64,000 nucleotides of DNA from Eledone cirrhosa (taxonomy: Eukaryota), in contig OZ024743.1 in NCBI GenBank assembly GCA_964016885.1, positions 359,352,001 to 359,416,000 on the forward strand, written 5' to 3'. The notes beneath the pieces were generated by a model, which had not been told where the DNA came from, did no database searches, and saw only the letters and a list, made by a program, of their open reading frames with translations. Of this stretch, positions 42,753 through 55,242 are shown in pieces; positions within the stretch are counted from its first letter, which is position 1, and every line of letters begins with the position of its first letter. The position numbers and the translations under genes are program-made.

Positions 42753-43220
42753 GAAAATTTTAGTAAGTAAGTTAATTTAAAAAAAAAAAATTTTTTTTAA
42801 ATTTTCTTATTTTACGTCTTTTATATTATTGTTCTGCATCCTCCTGCATTGAACCACCTAGGTACTATGACATAACTTGTGTATTTGCTAGCATTAGCGT
42901 ACATCTGTACGCATATGTTAGTAGATATACTAAATTCTCTATATTTATCTCCAAATTACTTATTTGTCGAGCAAACCTGCCAAAACCACTACTAATTTAT
43001 TGGTGTGATAGTAGGCTTCTGTCATCTTACTATCCCACTCCTACCGACTAGCGTCAGTGTCACGTGATTGATTTTTTAGAATCTGCCATTTGACCAGAGG
43101 CAGCGAGCTTTTCAGTACATGGAATCCAGTCCCCGCTAGCTGTTCCATCTACCGAATTATTATTATTTCTATATGAGTCCCCAGTGTCCGCGCATTGCCT
43201 GGAGACTTAGCTGAGAATAG

Positions 43221-43302
43221 ACTCCCTGATGACGCAATGAATTCTCGACAGTTAGATTACGTAACTGTCTTTATCCCATTGCAGAAACTAATTAGTTGGA
43301 GT
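43221..43302 (+). ncRNA. Type I hammerhead, copy 3
   Basis: As 42124. Confidence 0.82.
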
Positions 43303-43363
43303 GAACATTTTAGTAAGTTAATTTTAAAAAAAAAAATTTTTTTTTAAATTTTCTTATTTTACG

Positions 43364-43412
<49 letters not shown>

Positions 43413-43825
43413 AGTACGAAAACGCAAATGTCATCTCATGATGATATTTGTTTTTGAAATGCGCATAATAAAATAGATGGAACTCTTTTAACCATCTTTT
43501 GATCTTATATTATATATATATATATGTCTGTATGTATGTCTGTATATGTATGTGTATATATGTGTGTATATATGTGTATGTATGTATGTATGTATGTATG
43601 TATGTATGTATATATACATATATATGTATTTGATTTTTATCTGAATGTGTGCGTGTTTATGTATGCACACATGTCTTTTTCTATATTGCTATATATTGCT
43701 ATATATTTTTATATATTATTTTTCTTACCCTTCTTTTCTTTTGTATATTTCCCGTTATTTTTCCAGCCTCATTTCCAATTTTTAACAGATTTTAAATCTC
43801 ATTTCATATCTTTTATCCATAATAT

Positions 43826-43893
43826 CTCTGTCTGACGAACGATCCAGACGTTTATTATTATTGTTTGGGATCCAGAAACCTTTGGTAATGGAG
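43826..43893 (+). ncRNA. Type I hammerhead in a dispersed repeat of about 300 bp (43625-43925)
   Basis: ctctgt CTGACGA ac gatcc..ggatc ca GAAA cc-ttt-gg TA atggag; paralog at 53633. Confidence 0.7.
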
Positions 43894-43919
43894 TAGTTAT
43901 ATTTTGTGTTGTTCACTTT

Positions 43920-43990
<71 letters not shown>

Positions 43991-44672
43991 TGTATGTAAA
44001 TATATATCGAGAGACATGTGCATTTTCGTAATTTGGAATATATTTGCTAAAGACAGGACAACATATTTACATTATCATTACTAATAATTCCAGATTAAAT
44101 GCGATACATACATAACCATATTAAATTTATGACTTAAGCTCGTTCTGTTCATACGATAACACAATTTCATGAGTCAAGTCAACTATCTCGAAATAGACAT
44201 GAAATTGTTGCAATGTCATGGTTTCCAAATTAATTATTTTGGAATCTGCCGACTTTAGACTTGTAGATTAAATGAATATAATAACCTCACTCTAATACTT
44301 TTCTTTGTCAAAAACTCGCAAATGATGCCAGCAAGACTGTCGTTGCGACATCAGCTGCCTCACAGTTTGCAGGTTATTTTTCTGCTAAGTCGAGCTATAC
44401 ATCAAGCTGCTCTTTTTTTGGAGAAAGATGGAGCTGATCCATTTATAACAGTTAAGGGGGTATGGTGAAAATGACGGATGTGACGATGATGTGGATGATA
44501 ATTTCAACATTACATCACCGTTTTGACGCAAGAGAACAAGTATTTACACTAGTACTTGAGTGTTACTTATTTTATCAACCCCGGAAGAATGTCGTGTATA
44601 AATATTCTCATATATACATGGCATAGACACAAGTGTATAAACACACTAGTCTGCAAATACATACATACGCAA

Positions 44673-44716
<44 letters not shown>

Positions 44717-44803
44717 GTAGGAGGTGAGTTTTATTGTAGTACAATAAAGCAATGCAGATATCGGATAAGAAGCACTCTACAGTCTGTGGGACTGGAGTAT
44801 GCA

Positions 44804-45067
44804 TAATATAAGATCAAAAGATGGTTAAAGGAGTTCCATATATTTTATTATGCGCATTTCAAAAACAAACATCATCAAACAATAATATTTGCGTTTTCAT
44901 CAGTTGATTTAAAACTGCACTATCAACAAGTGTTTTTTAGCCTTCATATCATGTTCTCCTGTTTTATCTGATGAAAACGCAAATATTATTGTTTGATGAT
45001 GTTTGTTTTTGAAATGCGCATAATAAAATATATGGAACTCCTTTAACCATCTTTTGATCTTATATTA
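44804..45067. mobile_element. Fold-back element with 100-bp inverted arms, each carrying a hammerhead core; partial third copy at about 43415-43510
   Basis: Arms 44804-44903 and 44968-45067. Confidence 0.82.
44962..45028 (+). ncRNA. Type I hammerhead
   Basis: ttttat CTGATGA aaacgcaaatatta..tgatgatgtttgttttt GAAA tgcgca TA ataaaa; palindromic stem III. The minus copy (44843-44909) lacks the stem I 5' strand. Confidence 0.78.
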
Positions 45068-45152
45068 TATATATATATGTATATACATATACCTACGCTT
45101 ACACACACACATATATATATATATACAGGCATTTACACACACATACACATAT

Positions 45153-45247
<95 letters not shown>

Positions 45248-45864
45248 CATATAGGAAAAAGTATGACCCCGACGGCAGAGCTCAAGCTGTTTCGACGGCT
45301 ATTTCTGGACTAAATTAATAGCGAACTTTTCAAGGGGTACTTCTGTATGTGGGAAGATTGTAGTTGTCAAAAGGATTGGTCAACATTTCTTGTAAACACA
45401 ATTAAGTCTATCATGGCAGTGGGTGGGTGGTGGGGGTGGCTGAACTTTCCTGTAGAGCAATGAGGGAGTGGGTGGAGCCGGTCAAGCGTTGAAAGTGAAA
45501 TCTATACACCAAATTGTAAGGATTGTGTATGAATGTAGGTCAGAGGAAGTAGGCGAAAAAGGGTTCTGGAGAAAATAGAGGAGGGACGTTATAGAATAAG
45601 TAAATCAACTGAGATTTCGACGGCTATTTCTGGACTAAATTAGAAACGGCTTGAGCTCTGCCGTCGGGGTCATACATTTTCCTATTACCCACTCTACTAC
45701 CCTAAGTATTGAGTAATCTGGTCCGTTATGGTCCATCTGGTTCCTTACCACAACTCCTTCGTTATATATACATACATATATATACACATACACACACATA
45801 TGTATATGAACGTTAAGGTTGCGAAAACATAAGTAAAAAAGTAAATAAATATAACAAATACGCA

Positions 45865-45911
<47 letters not shown>

Positions 45912-46325
45912 GGCATAGACAGAAGTGTATTAACACACTAGTCTGAAGGTATATACATGCACACACACAAGGGAAAAAAATAAAATAAAATAAAATAAAA
46001 TAAAATAAAAATATAGATAAGCGGTCGAACAAAATGATACGAAGATGTCACACACATAATGATAAACTTATACATAAATACAATCACATACGCAAAGCTA
46101 CAGTTAGATACTTGCATGTATGTGTCCAGTGGAAGTATAAACATATGGAAGCATGCAAAAATACAAATGAACATACGCAGAAAACCACACACATATATAC
46201 ATATATACACACACACGCATACTCATATATATAAAAAAAAAATATATATACACATACACACACACACATACATGTATATACACACACATACATATATATA
46301 TATACACACACACATGTATATATAT

Positions 46326-46384
<59 letters not shown>

Positions 46385-46879
46385 GTTAAAAGAATAGAGG
46401 TGTAACACACAAGTTATTATATATTGGTAAATATCAGCACACATCTCTACCCACATATAAACACAATGACACACGTAAACACACATGCTCTATGGTGCAA
46501 TACAAAAAAATATATGTGCATATATATGTATGTATATATGTATATATATATATATATATATGTAGTGAAAATATATATGTGTGTGTGTGTGTGTATATAT
46601 ATATAGTGAATATCATTTCACACCTTTTATTGTTAAGATTGTTGATGTTCTATTAAGAGAACCGATTTTACTGAAAAAATCGAATAATGTACACCATTTT
46701 ACCAGGGGGGAAAAAATACTGGTCCACCCACACACGCACACACACACACATATATACACAAACACATACACCAACATACAAAGAGACTTATACACACACA
46801 CACACACACGCACTTCTCCGTATAAGACAAAAGCTGAAAAATATCTTTTGACCTTCGAATGACTCTGCTGTGTGTATGT

Positions 46880-46919
<40 letters not shown>

Positions 46920-46991
46920 ATCTTAATAGCCATTTGACACACATCGCTGGTGGCTATTGTCGCAGCATCGAACACCTTACTACTACTACTA

Positions 46992-47051
<60 letters not shown>

Positions 47052-47527
47052 TTGTTGTGAAAGAGTCATTTCTCAATCTTGGCGCAAAACCAATTTTTTA
47101 TCCACATGACCTCTACCGACCAATCAAAATTGTTTTGACCATAATTTTTGCTGGAGCCACTTTTCTAACATTTTAACATAAAAACAGTCTTGGGGCAAAA
47201 TCAACTTTTTACATTCACATGACCTCTACCGACCAATCAAAATTGTTTTGACCACAAGCATTTTTGCAACACAAAAATAACGCTGGAGCCATTTTTTAAA
47301 CATAAAAACAGGTAGAATTCCCAAAACTAATCAGATCAGAGCAAACAGCACGGACACTCTATCTCAAAATTATTTTTGAAAAGCATTTAGAAATGCGCAA
47401 CCGGTAAAAACTTAAAAACTTAAAACCACAACTGAATACTAACCCATACAATCACTAATACTCTTTTATTCCTAATTAAACCATTTTTCAACTGTGAACA
47501 ATTTGTCAGCATTTTCTATTCCGTTTA

Positions 47528-47565
<38 letters not shown>

Positions 47566-48029
47566 CACATAAAAAAAAAATATATATAAATATATGTGTT
47601 AGGTGATTCCGAAGAGTAACCAAAGGATAAACGAGTGCTCTATGTATAGAAGAGAGCTGTATAAATATATTTTGTTGTTGAAAGAATGTGATAAAGGCAA
47701 AGTGTGGTAAAATAAGAGAGAATGTTCAGGAAAAGATGAAGTTAATAAGTGAATAATATAAGTGTAAAATAAGTATAAAATAAAATAAAATAAGTGTTGA
47801 ATGTGTAAAGTAAGAGAGATTGTTCAAGGTAAAAGTAAGGGAAAAGAAGAAATGAATAAAATAGGTGTAATATAAAATAAGGGCATAATATAAGTGTTGA
47901 ATGTGTGATAAAGGTCCATAGTTTTTATAGTAAGTGAGAGTGTTCAAGGTGTAATATGAGATAAGTGTTGATTGTGTGAAAAAGGGAGAGTCTTCAAGAT
48001 GGGTATGTGTCCAAAATGGTGTTTTGATG

Positions 48030-48543
48030 CCGAGAAAGGAGATGAGTTCTTATATGTGGGCAAATTTTAAATATCTCAGAATTAGAGTTAAGACAGGTGT
48101 TGGGAGATTTCAGATTTTGTAGAACTCTATATGTTTCTGTTACACACAAGGTACACCTAAAATAGACCAATCAATTTCACATGGGATTCCACACACTTTC
48201 ATCTCGCACACTCTATTTGCCAGCGCCATAGTTTTCTTTTTATCCTGGCGTCGAAAGGAAGCGACGTGTGCATAGTATCTTTTTTTAAAGGTATCCTAGG
48301 TCATGCCCACATAACGTCTCCGGTAGAAGGTTGGTTGGTGTGAATAGGTTTTATAATTGCCTCATATACAACGGATTTAATGTTGCATTTGTCTTGCAAA
48401 GGACATTCACCTAGATTTCTACATGAACATCCTGGGATTCCTCTGTCAGTTTTTCCGGTGGGGATTTCGATTTTATGGAAGGACTGCAAGAATAGCTTGA
48501 CAGTTTCTGTTAACAATTTTGTTAATACACTTCTGTCTATGCA

Positions 48544-48545
<2 letters not shown>
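48030..48545 (-). mobile_element. Penelope-like GIY-YIG endonuclease fragment, 5'-truncated at (TA)n
   Basis: GCSCRNLGECPLQDKCNIKSVVYEAII, then after a frameshift RYVGMT*DTFKKRYYAH. Confidence 0.82.
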
Positions 48546-48623
<78 letters not shown>

Positions 48624-48861
48624 TATATTTAGAAACACACAGATACATGCGGACACACACATATATACATGAATGCATCCGCACCCAACTGTGAGTTAAA
48701 GGTGCCAACTTCACCGATGTTGCTCAATGAATGACCGGGACAGACCAATTCAGTTGAACTAGACTGAACCAGTATCAGAGTTAAAAATACATTATGAAGA
48801 GAGAAGAAACATTTAGATATAATTAGTAATAAAATGTATCATACCTAAACTGCTCCTAAAT

Positions 48862-48951
48862 TCCTCGACTACGTAGTTTCGTGGCATAAACAAAAACAAT
48901 ATATCATAAAGATATAGAGTCCCTGCGAGGTCTGCCGACTTATCAAGAGGA
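48862..48951 (-). ncRNA. Type I hammerhead, U3-A8 core variant
   Basis: Reverse complement of 49327-49416. Confidence 0.75.
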
Positions 48952-49326
48952 TACCTCATTTTACTAGTCTCAAGAACGCGTCTACACGACGTGAGAAAGA
49001 ATCCCAAAAGGCGGAGGGGGAGATAGTCACGCGATATAACGGTCGAGAAACAGAGCTAAGCCTCCTATAACCACGAAGAAAATACCACGGAGGCGGAGGG
49101 GGTATTCATATCGAGGCCGCAGAAGAGGTGGTGAAGAAGGCTAGAAGTATGAATACTGCGGCCTCGATATGAATACCCCCTCCGTATCCGTGGTATTTTC
49201 TTCGTGGTTATAGGAGGCTTAGCTCTGTTTCTCGACCGTTATATCGCGTGACTATCTCCCCCTCCGCCTTTTGGGATTCTTTCTCACGTCGTGTAGACGC
49301 GTTCTTGAGACTAGTAAAATGAGGTA

Positions 49327-49416
49327 TCCTCTTGATAAGTCGGCAGACCTCGCAGGGACTCTATATCTTTATGATATATTGTTTTTGTTTATGCCACGAA
49401 ACTACGTAGTCGAGGA
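49327..49416 (+). ncRNA. Type I hammerhead, U3-A8 core variant
   Basis: tcctc TTGATAA gt(c)ggca..tgccac GAAA ctacgtag TC gagga. Confidence 0.78.
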
Positions 49417-49921
49417 ATTTAGGAGCAGTTTAGGTATGATACATTTTATTACTAATTATATCTAAATGTTTCTTCTCTCTTCATAATGTATTTTTAACTC
49501 TGATACTGGTTCAGTCTAGTTCAACTGAATTGGTCTGTCCCGGTCATTCATTGAGCAACATCGGTGAAGTTGGCACCTTTAACTCACAGTTGGGTGCGGA
49601 TGCATTCATGTATATATGTGTGTGTCCGCATGTATCTGTGTGTTTCTAAATATAGTGTTAATAACTCCCTCTGGTCGAGCAATCTTTGAAGTGTGTGGAC
49701 AACTAGAAAGCTTCCATTACTCATACTTCTAGCCTTCTTCACCACCTCTTCTGCGGCCTCGATATGAATACCCCCTCCGCCTCCGTGGTATTTTCTTCGT
49801 GGTTATAGGAGGCTTAGCTCTGTTTCTCGACCGTTATATCGCGTGACTATCTCCCCCTCCGCCTTTTGGGATTCTTTCTCACGTCGTGTAGACGCGTTCT
49901 TGAGACTAGTAAAATGAGGTA

Positions 49922-50011
49922 TCCTCTTGATAAGTCGGCAGACCTCGCAGGGACTCTATATCTTTATGATATATTGTTTTTGTTTATGCCACGAAACTAC
50001 GTAGTCGAGGA
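49922..50011 (+). ncRNA. Type I hammerhead, U3-A8 core variant
   Basis: Same as 49327. Confidence 0.78.
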
Positions 50012-50516
50012 ATTTAGGAGCAGTTTAGGTATGATACATTTTATTACTAATTATATCTAAATGTTTCTTCTCTCTTCATAATGTATTTTTAACTCTGATA
50101 CTGGTTCAGTCTAGTTCAACTGAATTGGTCTGTCCCGGTCATTCATTGAGCAACATCGGTGAAGTTGGCACCCTTAACTCACAGTTGGGTGCGGATGCAT
50201 TCATGTATATATGTGTGTGTCCGCATGTATCTGTGTGTTTCTAAATATAGTGTTAATAACTCCCTCTGGTCGAGCAATCTTTGAAGTGTGGGGACAACTG
50301 GAAAGCTTCCATTACTCATACTTCTAGCCTTCCTCACCACCTCTTCTGCGGCCTCGATATGAATACCCCCTCCGCCTCCGTGGTATTTTCTTCGTGGTTA
50401 TAGGAGGCTTAGCTCTGTTTCTCGACCGTTATATCGCGTGACTATCTCCCACTCCGCCTTTTGGGGTTCTTTCTCACGTCGTGTAGACGCGTTCTTGAGA
50501 CTAGTAAAATGAGGTA

Positions 50517-50606
50517 TCCTCTTGATAAGTCGGCAGACCTCGCAGGGACTCTATATCTTTATGATATATTGTTTTTGTTTATGCCACGAAACTACGTAGT
50601 CGAGGA
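50517..50606 (+). ncRNA. Type I hammerhead, U3-A8 core variant
   Basis: Same as 49327. Confidence 0.78.
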
Positions 50607-50675
50607 ATTTAGGAGCAGTTTAGGTATGATACATTTTATTACTAATTATATCTAAATGTTTCTTCTCTCTTCATA

Positions 50676-50729
<54 letters not shown>

Positions 50730-50851
50730 GCATGCGTATTTGTTATATTTAACGTTCATATACATGTGTGTGTATGTGTATGTGTATGTATATGCATATA
50801 TCTTTATGTGTGCATGTGTGCATGTATGTGTGTATGTGTATATATGTATGC

Positions 50852-50888
<37 letters not shown>

Positions 50889-50928
50889 TATAAATATTAA
50901 TAAAATAGATGTTCTTTTGATCAATTAA

Positions 50929-50981
50929 ATTTTATTATACATATTTCAGAGGTACAACAGTACGTCCTCATCAGACAAAAT
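50929..50981 (-). ncRNA. Type I hammerhead
   Basis: Reverse complement: attttgt CTGATGA ggacgtactgttgtacctct GAAA tatgta TA ataaaat. Confidence 0.75.
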
Positions 50982-51087
50982 ATAATGATACATGACGTAC
51001 CCTGAGATGTTAAATAGTTAAGATTTAATAAAGGTAGTACCTTCATTAAATCTTAACTATTTAACATCTCAGGGTATGTATCATTAT

Positions 51088-51140
51088 ATTTTGTCTGATG
51101 AGGACATACTGTTGTACCTCTGAAATATGTATAATAAAAT
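51088..51140 (+). ncRNA. Type I hammerhead
   Basis: attttgt CTGATGA ggacatactgttgtacctct GAAA tatgta TA ataaaat. Confidence 0.72.
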
Positions 51141-51278
51141 TTAATTGATCAAAAGAACATCTATTTTATTAATATTTATATTTTAATATTAATAACTCTG
51201 TAAAATAATTCTTGTAGAGTGCTTCCAATCTATTGTAAAACTTACTCTTTGATGTACTCATTGAATCTTGTTTAACTC

Positions 51279-51346
<68 letters not shown>

Positions 51347-51888
51347 CACACACACGCACTATACGGCTCGGATAAATCTTTTTCCTAGAGCTAATTTATT
51401 GTAACGAGACTATTTTCAGTTTCTAACTCAATACATGCTTTTGATATATTCGGCTCCGTTAATTCGTAGAGCTATTTCAAATGTCGTGTAGACCCGGCTG
51501 CTATCTTTAGTGGCGTAAGTATGCGCGACACGCTAAGTTCGGGAACCATGTGCGTTTTATATGTATACACACATTTTCCAGTTTTCTATTTGACTTAGAA
51601 GTGAGAAGGATACTAATTTCATCAGCCACCGATGAGCCTGGAATTTAGTATATCTCTTCGTAAATAATATTGCGGAGCGGTTCTATCAAAGACCGTCTGG
51701 GTGATGGTAGTTACCACAATACTGGTGTGTGTTTATTTTTCTTAATTTATTCTTAAATTGAGTCTAGCAAACCCTATTGTCTGTAGTTAGTATTTTTTCC
51801 ACCTTATCGATTTTGGTCCATTACGATTTGAACACATATATATATATATGTCTGTGTTCGTTTTTCCTTTTTGTTCAGTTATATACAT

Positions 51889-51949
<61 letters not shown>

Positions 51950-52108
51950 AGTGTATGTATATATGTATATATGTGTATATATATATATGTCTGTGTGTGT
52001 TGTGTGTGTGTGTGTGTGTATTTGCGTATGTATGTATTTGCAGATTAGTGTGTCTTGTCTCTATTTCATGTATATATATATATGTATATATATATCTATA
52101 TATACATG

Positions 52109-52194
<86 letters not shown>

Positions 52195-52283
52195 ATATAT
52201 GTATATGTCTGTATGTATGTCTGTATATGTATTTATGTGTATGTGTGAGTGTATATATATGTGTATGTGTGTATATATGTGTA

Positions 52284-52377
<94 letters not shown>

Positions 52378-52378
52378 C

Positions 52379-53094
52379 ATTCTATAGACATGATTTATGA
52401 TATATTGCTCTGATTTTTTGATTTTAATTTATTAATTCTTCATTGAGCTTAAAAGTGAACAGTTGCAACACATATATGTATCATTGATTTAATTTAATTT
52501 AATTTTATGTATGTGATAACCTCTATATTTAATAATCTCCCTATCGGTTGAGATTAAATTTGGCGATATATGGCTGCGCTTTCTAGCAGCATGCCTACCC
52601 GCCGTAAGCAGCCAATCACACGCTTTCTCTCTGGCTGGTACACAGCTACATAGCGATCTTAGCCATTTTTGAATCTAAATTTGGCGCGGTCGGTCTGAGA
52701 AATTAAATGTCTATTTCTGAGTTTGTCTCCTGATGATTCCTGACTCAAAGCATATCCATATTATTTGGATGTCCTAAACAAGGAAGAAACCATGGTAGAG
52801 ATATAATTACGGTATGTGCGCATTTCTTCTAAGTTTAATTTTACTACTAATTACGTGCGGTTGACGATATATTTGATCGGATTCTGCATGCTGCCGAAGT
52901 GTTTGATAAATAATGGAACGGAGTTACCGCGAACTAGCTGCGATCAATTATTTGTCGGAGATTTCCCCGTTAGAAAATTTACTCTTAAAGCTTGCTAGAT
53001 TTGATTATGTATATGGGTAATTATGCTGATTAGAAGAAGAAATAGTATATATTTTAATATCTGATTGATTCTATAGACATGATTTATGATATAT
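52379..53094 (+). mobile_element. Hammerhead-containing monomer of 689 bp with a terminal direct repeat of about 27 bp, in (TA)n
   Basis: attctatagacatgatttatgatatat at 52379 and 53068. Confidence 0.72.
52724..52803 (+). ncRNA. Type I hammerhead
   Basis: tgtctc CTGATGA ttcct..aggaa GAAA ccatgg TA gagata; inner hairpin catatcca/tggatg in stem II. Confidence 0.82.
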
Positions 53095-53107
53095 ATATAT
53101 ATATATA

Positions 53108-53323
53108 TGGGAACGAGTAGGACCCCGACGGCTGAGCTCAAGCCGTTTCGACGGCTAATTCTGGACTCAGAAGTGAGGAGGATTCTGAGTCGAGATTAGC
53201 CGTCGAAACAGCTTGAGCTCAGCCGTCTGGGTCCTACTCGTTCCTATTACCCACTCTACTACCCTAAGTATTGAGTACTTTGGTGCGTTATGGTCCATCT
53301 GGTTCCTTACCACATTTCCTTCG

Positions 53324-53330
<7 letters not shown>
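53108..53330. mobile_element. 'GAGCTC' family fold-back element, diverged subfamily
   Basis: Apex gactcagaa-gtgaggagga-ttctgagtc. Confidence 0.75.
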
Positions 53331-53407
<77 letters not shown>

Positions 53408-53632
53408 ATATACATATATATATATATATATTACTTTTATCTCTTTTATCTGAATGTGTGTATGTGTCTGTATATGTATGCACATATATATCTTTTTCTA
53501 TATTGCTATTTATTTTTATATATTATTTTTCTTACCCTTCTTTTCTTATGTATATTTCCCATTATTTTTCCAGCCTCACTTCCAATTTTTAACAGATTTT
53601 AAATCTCATTCCATATCTTTTATCTATAACAT

Positions 53633-53700
53633 CTCTGTCTGACGAACGATCCAGACGTTTATTATTATCGTGTGGGATCCAGAAACCTTTGGTAATGGAG
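53633..53700 (+). ncRNA. Type I hammerhead, paralog of 43826
   Basis: ctctgt CTGACGA..GAAA cctttgg TA atggag, inside repeat 53430-53730. Confidence 0.7.
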
Positions 53701-53845
53701 TAGTTATATTTTATGTTGTTCACTTTCTAATTAAATACCTCTGTTCTATACATAGAGCACTCTTTTTTCCTTTGGAATTACCGAACACACACACACGCAC
53801 ACGCACACACACACGCACACGCACACGCACACACACACACACACA

Positions 53846-54466
53846 TATATATATATAAAGTTGTAGTCCCTGTGTTTCATTGTTTGTTTGTTTGTTCACG
53901 AACTCCTACTATTGTTTTGGAGATAACCCCCATAACCATATATATTCTGAAACTACATTGCCCAGGGTACGTGGATAAGTGCATTTCATTTCAGTCAAAG
54001 GGATCTCCGGCGGCACAAACCCTCGTTGAAAATGTTTTTCCTTCGATTTATATGAAATTTAAACCATAGGAAAATGACAATATATGATGCCTATTCACAG
54101 AATTTCAGCAAATTTCAATAATATTAAGACACCCCAATGGGGTTAAACCCCTATAGTGAACATTTTGGAAGCACCCCAAAAATAATGTTTTACACAAAAA
54201 TGAAATGATCAAGTTTTGAATTGATATTTAAAAAAAAATTATTTACAAAAAACAAAATAAGAATAAGATTTAATAATTAATTTTGATTTGATATATTACA
54301 AAACCTAATGTTTTCCAATTTTTCATGCATTACATTTTACTTTGAGTAATATTGAAATGCAGAGCTTTTCTCCATAAATTATTATATATCACTGATTTAA
54401 AATCAATCATCATTTTCTTACAAAAGAAATGTGTGAAACGCAGCAAGGCCCGGGTAATTCGGCTAG
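53846..54466 (+). mobile_element. Probable non-autonomous Helitron, second family
   Basis: tatatataaagttgtag..(tgtt)n head; GC-rich subterminal gcagcaaggcccgggtaattcgg-CTAG|T end with a decayed hairpin. Confidence 0.5.
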
Positions 54467-54505
54467 TATATATATATATATCAGAGTTTTTCGAATATCA
54501 ATAAT

Positions 54506-54692
54506 TGTCTCTACATTAGGTACAAGGCCAGCAAGTACCCAGTGCATTACTGGTACTTTATTTTATCGACCCCGTAAGGATGAAAGGCAAATTCAACCTC
54601 GGCGGGATTTGAACTAAGATCGTAAAGGGACGTAACTATGCTGGAAAGCATGGCGTCCGACCCTCTACTGATACTGCCAATCCACCACCATA
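54506..54692 (-). mobile_element. SINE, full length
   Basis: TSD ttttcgaatatcaataat (54488 and 54693). Confidence 0.9.
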
Positions 54693-54807
54693 TTTTCGAA
54701 TATCAATAATAATATTCGATTCATTTGCAATTATGCAAACAGCCTCTTTAAGCCATGACAGTAGAATGGCACCGTCATACTTGCTCTTCTGTTAGTATAT
54801 AAACAGA

Positions 54808-54854
54808 ACGGCAGACACTAATGTTTCTGGGTGATTGCCCCTCATCAGTACCGT
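54808..54854 (-). ncRNA. Type I hammerhead; degenerate inverted copy at 55163-55207
   Basis: Reverse complement: acggta CTGATGA ggggcaatcaccca GAAA cattagtg TC tgccgt. Confidence 0.75.
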
Positions 54855-55242
54855 ATACTGCTTACCTGCCAACTGTCAGAGCTAGTGAAAATATATGATA
54901 TTTTCTGAAATATACAGTGACTGATCGGCCTGATTTGCATATTAGCAGACTGCCTGATCAGTCAGATCTGCATATTAGCAGACCCACTGATCAACCAGAT
55001 TTGCATATCAGCAGATAGGCCAGTCAGTTTCATGTGTACGAGCGATTAATGGCCTACTTTGCTATATTCAAATAACTAACGACTAGTTATCGCTCCACAT
55101 GGCTGAATACAATAAATGTAATCTGAGCTTTTCGAATATTAATAAAGATATTCGATTCGTTTGGGTGATGAAGAGTGATCACCCAGAAACATTAGTGTCT
55201 GCCATTCTGAAAGTATAAGCAATGGAGAGAACAATGGAAATA

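Larger units (their letters stand above)
41592..43370 (+). mobile_element. Hammerhead-containing tandem array, 547-550 bp unit x about 3.2, with a 23-bp 5' inversion, flanked by (TA)n
   Basis: Near-identical units; CTGATGA at 42129, 42676 and 43226; 41592-41613 is the reverse complement of about 41821-41843. Confidence 0.9.
48620..50680. mobile_element. Hammerhead-containing array with a 595-bp unit: about 0.9 inverted unit (48620-49152) then about 2.6 direct units (49155-50680), between (TA)n tracts
   Basis: Identical spurious 64-aa ORF at 49271, 49866 and 50461 (period 595) and inverted at 48813-49007. Confidence 0.92.
50881..51190. mobile_element. Near-perfect 310-bp fold-back element with a complete hammerhead on each strand, in (TA)n
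   Basis: Apex at about 51035-51038; arms nearly identical apart from a small indel and a few substitutions. Confidence 0.85.

Noticed and set aside
41592-43370. CRISPR-like or plain satellite interpretation of the tandem arrays
   Set aside because: No repeat-spacer alternation and no cas genes; units are fully identical, hundreds of bp long and carry ribozyme motifs
49271-50655. Identical 64-aa ORF repeated four times (MGFFLTSCRR...)
   Set aside because: TTG start in a eukaryote, no recognisable motif, and it overlaps the hammerhead; identity just reflects the young tandem array
51570-51730. CTGATGA (minus, 51619-51625) and CCGATGA (plus, 51629) motifs
   Set aside because: No consistent stem III/NUH/stem I could be built on either strand
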